Shown piece by piece: positions 57,841 through 64,000 of a stretch of 64,000 bases of DNA. The position numbers and the translations under genes are program-made. Source of the stretch: Chthoniobacterales bacterium (GTDB lineage: Bacteria > Verrucomicrobiota > Verrucomicrobiia > Chthoniobacterales > DASVRZ01); assembly GCA_038225185.1 (NCBI GenBank), contig JBBRFA010000002.1, forward strand, positions 2,331 to 66,330. The letters are read 5' to 3'. The stretch's first letter is position 1; the number at the start of each line of letters is the position of its first letter. The notes beneath the pieces are model-generated. The model searched no databases, was not told the origin of the DNA, and was given only the letters and a program-made list of their open reading frames with translations.

Positions 57841-60800
57841 ATGTGGATCGTTCTTTTTGCCCTTCGTTATAAGTATTCCATCGCGGTTCTCGGCATCCTG
57901 ATTTTTCTCTTCGGCCTGCTTTCCATGCGGAAGATGTCCACCGACATCATGCCGCGGGTCGATACGCCAGAAATTCTCCTCGTCTGGACCTTTAACGGCC
58001 TCAACGCCCGCGAGATGGCGGCAAAAATCACCTCCTTCTCCGAGATCGCCACCCTCAATAACGTGGACGACCTCCTCGAAGTCCGCTCCGAGACAGCCAA
58101 CGGCGTCGGCTTGGTCAAACTCCGCTTCCAGCCCTACGTCGCCATCGAGCGCGCCCTCTCCCAAGTCACCTCCGTCTCGCAAACCATCCTGCGACGTATG
58201 CCCCAGGGCGTCACGCCCCCGCTCATCGTCCAAACCAGCCCGTCGAGCGTGCCGATTCTGCAACTCGTCATTTCCTCCGACACCCTCACCGACGGCGCCC
58301 TCTTCGATTGGGCGCGATTAAGCCTGCGTGGCCAGTTGCAAAGCATCCCCGGCCTGCGCCTTTCCCTGCCCTACGGCGGTGCCTCGCGCCAGATCATGAT
58401 CGATCTCAACCCCCAGGCACTCAACGCCTTCGGACTCAGCGCCCCAGAAGTCAGCCGCGCGATCAGTGCGCAAAATCTCACCCTCCCCTCCGGCTCCCTC
58501 CGCGAGGGCGGACGCGACATGTCCATCGCCGTCAACGCCAGCCCCGATACCGTGGCAGCCTTTCTGGACCTGCCGATTCGCTCCGTCGGCGACCGGGTCA
58601 TCCTCCTGCGCGACGTGGCCAACGTCCGCGACGGCGAAGCGGTCTCGACCAATATCGCCCGTCTCAATGGCCAAAACGCCGTCATCGTCTCCATCCTCAA
58701 ACTCGGCAGTGCCTCCACCCTCGACATCGTGGGCGAAATCACCAAACGCCTGCCCGACATCCGGGCCAGTGCGCCTCCCGGCCTCCAGGTCGAGCCGATC
58801 TTCGATCAATCCATCTTCGTCCAGGCCGCCATCAGCACCCTGGTCAAGGAAATCATCCTCGTCGCTGCCCTCGTCGCCCTCGTCGTCCTGCTTTTTCTCG
58901 GCTCCTGGCGCTCCACTTGCATCGTGCTCACCTCCATCCCGCTCGCCCTGCTTTGCTCGATCATCGGGCTTAATTTCGCCGGCGCCACCTTCAACCTCAT
59001 GTCGCTCGGCGGCCTCGCCCTCGCCATCGGCATCCTCGTCGATAACGCTCTCGTCGAGATCGAAAACATTAAACGCCAGATCGCCCAGGGCAAAAACGTC
59101 CGCCAGGCCATCATCGACGGCGCCCAGCAAGTCGCCTTCCCCGAATTCGTCTCCACCACAGGGATTTGCATCGTTTTCACCCCGATCTTTCTCCTCAGCG
59201 GCACAGCGGCCTTCGTCTTCAAGCCGCTCGCCCTCGCGGTTATCTTTGCCATGATCGCCAGTTACCTCCTTTCCCGCACCCTCGTGCCGACGCTGGCCTT
59301 GCTCATCCTGCCCCGCGAAGTCGCCGCCGAACGACGCGCTGTAGGGCGGCCCCGCTCGCCCCTCGCCAGCCTGCATCGTCGCGTGGAACATTTCCTCGAC
59401 GCCGCCTCCCTTCGTCAAGGCCGCATCCTCCGCTTTCTCATCGCCAGTCGCTGGGTCATGGCCGCGATATTTGGCGGCGTCTTATTGCTCGGATTCGGTG
59501 CCTGGAGCACCTTGGGCCGCGAATTTTTCCCCACCACCGACGCTGGTTTGATGCGCATCTTCCTCCGCGTCCCCAGCGGAGTGCGCGTGGAGGAGACCGC
59601 CCGGAAATTTGCCGACGTGCATCGCTCGATCAAAGATCTCATCCCCGCCAACGAACTCCTTTTCGTCGTGGAAAACATCGGCATGCCCTCCTCCGTCAAT
59701 CTCGCCTGGATCGAAAGCACCGCCGTCGGCCCCTACGATGGAGAAATCCTCATCCAACTTGCCAAAGGCCACCGTCCCACCGCGGAATACATGGCCTCCG
59801 TGCGCACCCTCCTAAGCGAGAAATTCCCCGAGATCAAATCCTTCTTCCGCCCCGCCGACGCCACCAGCCAGACTCTCTCCGGGGGCGCGCCGACCGCCTT
59901 CGAGATGCGTCTCATCGGACGCGACGTCCCCGGCAACCTCGCCCTCAGCGCCGAATTGGAACAACACCTCAAAACCATTCCCGGCGTCGTCGATGTCGTC
60001 CGCCGCGAAGTCCTCGACCTGCCCGAATACTTCCTCCAGATCGACCGTGTGCGCGCCGCCCAATACGGCATCACCCAGCAAGACGCCGTCAGCGCACTCC
60101 TCACCGTGCTCGGTTCCGGCGGCTCCGTCAGCCCCAGCTTTTGGGCCGATCCCAAAGTCGGCGCCTCCTACGAAGTCCAAGTCAGCGCCCCGCTCCCACA
60201 GCTCAACGACGTGCAACAACTCCTTAACCTGCCCGTGGCCCCCTCCCGCGGCGGCGAACCCGTCGTCCTCGGAGCTTTCGCCACCCTCTCCGAAAGGAAA
60301 AGCCCCGCCAGCGTCTCGCGCACCACCCTGCTCCCCACCATCACCGTCCTCGCCAACGTCCAAAAAACCGACATCGGCTCCGTGCTTACCAGGCTCGAAC
60401 CCTTCCTCGACGAACTGCGCAGCAAACAAAAACCCACCAACCGCATCCAACTCACCGGGCAGGCCCAACTCATGGACTCCGCCTACACCGAACTTTTTCA
60501 GGGCCTCGCCCTCGCCGCCGTCCTCATCTACCTCGTCATGGTCGTCAACTTCCAATCCTGGAAACTGCCCTTCGTCGCCATCAGCGGCCTGCCCCTCGCC
60601 GTCTCCGGCGCGTTTCTCGGCCTCTGGATCACCGGCACTCCGCTCAGCGTTCCCGCCCTGATGGGTCTCATCATGGTCGTCGGTGTCTCCACGGCAAACA
60701 GCGTCCTCGTCACCAGCTTCGCCCGCGACCTCTGGCAGGAAGGCTTGCCCGGCATCAAAGCCGCCCTCGAAGCCGCCTCCACCCGGTTGCGGCCAGTCTG

Positions 60801-61092
60801 CATGACCGCACTCGCCATGATCCTCGGCGTCCTCCCCATGGCCCTCGGCACCGGCGAAGGCGGCGAACAAAACGCCCCCCTCGGACGCGCCGTCATCGGC
60901 GGCCTCATGGTCGGCACCCTTGCGTCGCTCTTTGTCGTCCCCTTCGTTTTCTCCATCCTCATGCGCCACCCCTACCGCCCCAACGAGCACGAAGAGCACG
61001 ACAGGGACGAAAAGGACAAAAAAGACAAAAAGGACGCCGAGGCCGAAACTTTGGAACCTGCCCTCGCAGAAATTCTTTCCAGCAAATCATGA
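57841..61092 (+). CDS. RND efflux transporter permease (AcrB/CzcA superfamily)
   Basis: 1083 aa with 12-TM / two-large-loop organisation. MWIVLFALRYKYSIAV N-terminus. K/D/E-rich C-terminal tail. Confidence 0.9.
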   Translation: MWIVLFALRYKYSIAVLGILIFLFGLLSMRKMSTDIMPRVDTPEILLVWTFNGLNAREMAAKITSFSEIATLNNVDDLLEVRSETANGVGLVKLRFQPYVAIERALSQVTSVSQTILRRMPQGVTPPLIVQTSPSSVPILQLVISSDTLTDGALFDWARLSLRGQLQSIPGLRLSLPYGGASRQIMIDLNPQALNAFGLSAPEVSRAISAQNLTLPSGSLREGGRDMSIAVNASPDTVAAFLDLPIRSVGDRVILLRDVANVRDGEAVSTNIARLNGQNAVIVSILKLGSASTLDIVGEITKRLPDIRASAPPGLQVEPIFDQSIFVQAAISTLVKEIILVAALVALVVLLFLGSWRSTCIVLTSIPLALLCSIIGLNFAGATFNLMSLGGLALAIGILVDNALVEIENIKRQIAQGKNVRQAIIDGAQQVAFPEFVSTTGICIVFTPIFLLSGTAAFVFKPLALAVIFAMIASYLLSRTLVPTLALLILPREVAAERRAVGRPRSPLASLHRRVEHFLDAASLRQGRILRFLIASRWVMAAIFGGVLLLGFGAWSTLGREFFPTTDAGLMRIFLRVPSGVRVEETARKFADVHRSIKDLIPANELLFVVENIGMPSSVNLAWIESTAVGPYDGEILIQLAKGHRPTAEYMASVRTLLSEKFPEIKSFFRPADATSQTLSGGAPTAFEMRLIGRDVPGNLALSAELEQHLKTIPGVVDVVRREVLDLPEYFLQIDRVRAAQYGITQQDAVSALLTVLGSGGSVSPSFWADPKVGASYEVQVSAPLPQLNDVQQLLNLPVAPSRGGEPVVLGAFATLSERKSPASVSRTTLLPTITVLANVQKTDIGSVLTRLEPFLDELRSKQKPTNRIQLTGQAQLMDSAYTELFQGLALAAVLIYLVMVVNFQSWKLPFVAISGLPLAVSGAFLGLWITGTPLSVPALMGLIMVVGVSTANSVLVTSFARDLWQEGLPGIKAALEAASTRLRPVCMTALAMILGVLPMALGTGEGGEQNAPLGRAVIGGLMVGTLASLFVVPFVFSILMRHPYRPNEHEEHDRDEKDKKDKKDAEAETLEPALAEILSSKS

Positions 61093-62153
61093 AACCACTC
61101 TTCCACGCGCTCCTTGGCCTCGCCCTCCTCGCCCTCCCGCTCCACGCCGAGGATAAAAAAGCCGGGGACAAAAAAGGCCCGCAAATCGTCAAACCCACCA
61201 TCGGCGAAGCCGAAATCCTTCGCCTGCCCGCCCGCACCGCACCCGCCGAGGAAGCCAAACTCTATTCCCGCGCCACCGGCATCGTCCAGGAACGGCGCGT
61301 CGATATCGGCGACCGGGTAAAAACGGGCGACATCCTCGCCATTATTGAGGCTCCCGAAGTCGGGCGCAACCTGGAGAAAGCCCGTGCTGGCGTGGCCCTC
61401 GCCACCGCCCGGGCCGACCTCGCCCGCCAGGCCCTGCAACGAGCCAAAAGCATGTCCAAAGACAGCGTCATCTCCGCCGAAGCCCTTGATGAACGCGACG
61501 CCAACGCCCGCGCCGCCGACGCCGAATTGCAATCCGCCCGCGCCGAAGCCGGACGCCTTGAGGAACTGGAAAAATTTCTCACCATCCGCGCCCCCTTCGA
61601 CGGCCTCGTCGCAGGCCGCCGCGCCGAACGGGGCGACCTCATCCAGGGCGACCAGGCCCAGGCCGACCGCTGGATGTTTCATCTCGTCCGCTTGAACGAA
61701 CTCCGCGTCATCGTCAACGCGCCGCCCGCAGCCGGGTTGCAACTCCAGACTGGACAGACCGCCAGCGTGGAATTTGCCGAACTACCCAACCGGAAATTTG
61801 CCGCCACCGTCGCGCGTTCCTCCGGCATCATCGACAGCCTCTCCGGCACCATGCGCATCGAATTGCTTCTCCCGAACGAGGACTACGCCCTGCCAGCCGG
61901 CCTGAGCGGACTCGCCACCCTCGCTGATGCGAAAAAAACCGCCACCCTGCGCATCCCCACCAACGCCGTCCTCGTGCGCGACGGCACAAATAAAGTGGCC
62001 CGGGTCAGTAACGGCACCGTCGCCTTTTCGCCGGTTAAACTTGGCCGCAACCTGGGCGCCACCGTCGAAATCCTGGAAGGCGTCACGGCGGAGGATACCC
62101 TTTTGGTCAGCCCCAACGCCCTCCTCGCCGAGGGCGACAAAATCCCGCAATAA
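61089..62153 (+). CDS. RND efflux periplasmic adaptor (membrane fusion protein, HlyD family)
   Basis: Signal peptide. Lipoyl-like, coiled-coil hairpin and beta-barrel pattern (IRAPFDGLVAGR). ATGA overlap with the RND stop. Confidence 0.85.
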   Translation: MKPLFHALLGLALLALPLHAEDKKAGDKKGPQIVKPTIGEAEILRLPARTAPAEEAKLYSRATGIVQERRVDIGDRVKTGDILAIIEAPEVGRNLEKARAGVALATARADLARQALQRAKSMSKDSVISAEALDERDANARAADAELQSARAEAGRLEELEKFLTIRAPFDGLVAGRRAERGDLIQGDQAQADRWMFHLVRLNELRVIVNAPPAAGLQLQTGQTASVEFAELPNRKFAATVARSSGIIDSLSGTMRIELLLPNEDYALPAGLSGLATLADAKKTATLRIPTNAVLVRDGTNKVARVSNGTVAFSPVKLGRNLGATVEILEGVTAEDTLLVSPNALLAEGDKIPQ

Positions 62154-62221
62154 GACGAGGCTGGGGCCGCACGCGTAGTTGCGCAGAAGATAAAAAAAGT
62201 AAAAAGCGCTCCGATCTGTCC

Positions 62222-62313
62222 CGGGTAGGGTGGGCGTCTCGCCTGCCGTGGGAGGCATCCTGCCTCATACGCTCCGGTTCGCCGACGGCAGGCAAATCGA
62301 TAGATCCTACCCG
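62222..62313. repeat. Nested inverted-repeat element (4 helices) at a compositional boundary; REP/MITE-like or small structured RNA
   Basis: P1 cgggtagg 62222-62229 / cctacccg 62306-62313. P2 gcctgccgt 62241-62249 / acggcaggc 62285-62293. P3 gaggca 62252-62257 / tgcctc 62261-62266. cgg-ttcg-ccg at 62275-62284. Confidence 0.55.
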
Positions 62314-62538
62314 CTACAAATCGGAGCGTTTCCTCGTTCCCAAGTCGCACTCGGGAACGCCCTCGTCTGCGTAACGTGGCTACATCTGGACGCGATTCCC
62401 AAAGTAAAGCCGCCAACAGACAACATGCTCTCCACAAAGCAGAGTAACTACCTGGACAAAACACTCCCAGGAGCCACTCGGGAATGAATGGAGGGTTAAA
62501 ATAACGAAAGTTTCAACGCTAGGATCAAAGTCTCATCA

Positions 62539-63156
62539 TCAAGCCTTTACTATCAAGTAAGTCCCTGCTCCGACCATGAGACTTCCTGCGCTCAAGCGTG
62601 TAAACTTCTGCGCTTTCCGAGTCTGCAATCTAGAAACGATCCGCTGCGCTGCGAATGCGTAGGCAATCTTGACGCCGCCAACAGTAAAAATGGTTATGGA
62701 AATGATTGCGGTAATATCTGTAACAGTGAGATTCGCCATATCGACAAACGATGGAAAAAGGCTGGAATAAAACAGGATGGCTTTTACGTCCCCGAGTGTC
62801 AAAAAAAGTCCAGACACAAAGCTCGTGGCCATCGTCGAGCCACGTGAATCAATCGCTTGTAATGCAACAGATCCCTTCGCACGTAGCAGACTAACACCCA
62901 GCCAAATCAAGTAGATTCCGCCGATATGCTTAAAGATGGCAAAGTAGGTTCCCATCGTTTCAGCCAGGACGCTCATCCCAAGAATTGCCAGTAAAACATA
63001 AACGAGGTCGCCCGCCACAATGCCAGCGGAAACTGCGGCCCCATTGCGGACTCCAAGGGTGGCCGACCTTGTGATCACAAGTGCAACACTAGCACTCGGC
63101 ACAGCAGCAAGTGCAAGCATTACGAGAAAGAATGTAAATCCTGCGAGAAAAGTCAT
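62539..63156 (-). CDS. LysE/RhtB family amino-acid exporter
   Basis: 205 aa with 5-6 TM helices. The N-terminal region (AAVPSASVALVITRS...) and overall layout are typical of LysE/RhtB. Lower G+C than its neighbours. Confidence 0.8.
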   Translation of the reverse strand: MTFLAGFTFFLVMLALAAVPSASVALVITRSATLGVRNGAAVSAGIVAGDLVYVLLAILGMSVLAETMGTYFAIFKHIGGIYLIWLGVSLLRAKGSVALQAIDSRGSTMATSFVSGLFLTLGDVKAILFYSSLFPSFVDMANLTVTDITAIISITIFTVGGVKIAYAFAAQRIVSRLQTRKAQKFTRLSAGSLMVGAGTYLIVKA

Positions 63157-63474
63157 TGGTTATCTTGCGAGACGTTCAAACAATGGCAATCGCTACTAGC
63201 GGGAACCAGCGTTAATCGCAGGGTTGAGGCTGGGTGATGATAAAGCATGCAAAACATAAGGGCTAGGGAATATTACCATCCTCGCCTTGTTCTGCCTCCC
63301 TGGCGCTTGGCTTCCACTCTTTTGCGAGCAGGACAATAATGTTCTTCAGATCGATTCGCCATTTGATTTTAAGGGTCTTGTCGGGCGGTAGAGGTAACCC
63401 CACCTAAGAAAACCCACCCCACCGAAAACCCACCAACCATCCCGCGACTCACATCAAATTACGCTTGACACTTT

Positions 63475-63699
63475 TCATAGGGGTTGGGCCACGACGACTT
63501 CCACATAGTCAGCACTGGACAGTGCTTCTGGAAAGGGAAGTCCCTCAAGATGCATCTCCTCCAAGTGAAACTCAATGGCCTCTCGGATAAGTCCAACAAC
63601 TTCACTCTCAGTCTCTGCAGCGGCGACACATCCAGGGAGATCCGGAACATAAGCTCCGTAGCTGGTAGGGCCTTTTTCAATAACAATAGCGTAACGCAT
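63475..63699 (-). CDS. hicB: Type II toxin-antitoxin system HicB-family antitoxin (N-terminal domain only, 74 aa)
   Basis: MRYAIVIEKGPTSYGAYVPDLPGCVAAAETESEV...IEFHLE is a classic HicB fold signature. Confidence 0.85.
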   Translation of the reverse strand: MRYAIVIEKGPTSYGAYVPDLPGCVAAAETESEVVGLIREAIEFHLEEMHLEGLPFPEALSSADYVEVVVAQPL

Positions 63700-63703
63700 A
63701 AAT

Positions 63704-63892
63704 TCAGTTTTTCAGTCCGGCTTGCTTGAGGATACTGTTAAGCGTGCCTCGGGGAATGTCAACACTCGGATGTCCCGCGATTGTGACAATGCCGGGCTTA
63801 TGTGGATGCTTGAAATGGCGGTGGCTACCGCGAGTGCGAGACAAACACCATCCATCCGTTTCCACGGCTTTAATTGCTTCTCAAACTTTCAC
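63704..63892 (-). pseudogene. hicA: hicA toxin gene with in-frame TGA at codon 4 (or N-terminally shortened HicA from GTG 63865)
   Basis: Manual reverse translation gives VKV*EAIKAVETDGWCLSRTRGSHRHFKHPHKPGIVTIAGHPSVDIPRGTLNSILKQAGLKN. The stop lies at 63881-63883. The gene ends 4 nt before hicB. Confidence 0.6.
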
Positions 63893-64000
63893 GTCTTCGC
63901 CATATCAGTTTTGAATAAAAGATCTGTCCCTTAGCTTTTAGTGTATAAGCAGGATATGTAACAGACGCCGCGCGCAGCGTGGGTGGGCATTGATTGCATC

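Noticed and set aside
62222-62313. Possible tRNA or tRNA-like gene as an island integration target. This was prompted by the 7-8 bp terminal helix, the ggttcg motif and the ~90-nt length.
   Set aside because: The helices are nested in series rather than radiating as a cloverleaf. There is no T-arm adjacent to the 3' acceptor strand, and no anticodon arm or conserved D/T loop residues. It is kept only as a palindromic element.
61883-62487. ORFs in the 62154-62538 gap: plus strand 85 aa at 62230-62487, minus strand 193 aa at 61883-62464 and 158 aa at 61782-62258.
   Set aside because: They run through the palindromic element and into the MFP gene in antisense. The translations (for example AGETPTLPG and ALGNALVC) look like read-through of repeat DNA rather than proteins.
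63263-63403. 46-aa minus-strand ORF (VGLPLPPDKTLKIKWRIDLKNIIVLLAKEWKPSAREAEQGEDGNIP), plus an overlapping 29-aa ATG ORF between lysE and hicB.
   Set aside because: It is too short and I recognise no family. It may be a gene remnant, but I cannot support a call.
63935-64000. Minus-strand frame open from the window edge down to a TAA at 63871, possibly the tail of a gene upstream of hicA.
   Set aside because: Only ~42 codons are visible, with no motif, and the frame overlaps the hicA 5' end. It cannot be evaluated without sequence beyond nt 64000.

Overview
Dense, GC-rich bacterial chromosomal window with about 62 protein-coding genes, mostly housekeeping. I found no rRNA, tRNA, CRISPR array, transposase or integrase. 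The gene content suggests a PVC-superphylum, Verrucomicrobiota-like organism; this is inference only. That content includes ExbB/ExbD followed by a giant TPR protein, a GH57 branching enzyme, a STAS plus GAF-PP2C pair, an MGDG-synthase-like GT28 and large TPR proteins. Seven gene pairs share ATGA start/stop overlaps.

Gene order, left to right:
- rsmA::Nudix fusion (5' truncated), a lipoprotein, a leuC-like gene
- mtnB-mtnD-mtnC, rplU-rpmA, a Tat-signal metallophosphoesterase
- exbB-exbD-TPR
- SPFH::HTH, a wHTH regulator, htrA
- kamA, folP, a PHP phosphatase, GH57, lpdA
- a 9-gene glycan locus: DegT aminotransferase, GT2, four GT4 genes and a GT-C gene
- dnaJ-grpE, the PP2C/STAS pair, yceH, hslO, an L,D-transpeptidase
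- uvrA-TPR, fcl, ribBA-ribH-nusB-ftsY, rplS, cysK, PCD
- a CHASE2-like gene, slyX, a methyltransferase and following genes, GT28, GH1, and an RND-MFP pair

The last ~1.9 kb (62.15-64.0 kb) is compositionally distinct. Hand counts give 84/180 G+C in lysE against 114/180 in the neighbouring MFP gene. This stretch carries a LysE exporter, a hicAB module whose hicA has an in-frame TGA at codon 4, and a nested palindromic element at the boundary.

I could not identify a clear-cut multi-gene novel system such as a defence island. The best candidates for a second look are:
- unusual domain architectures: RsmA::Nudix, SPFH::excisionase-HTH, a DHp-only 83-aa protein and a CHASE2-only protein
- a signal-peptide-bearing protein with PD-(D/E)XK-like motifs
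- an 8x heptamer tandem repeat
- the right-end islet

All family calls rest on motif recognition by eye. No searches were run.
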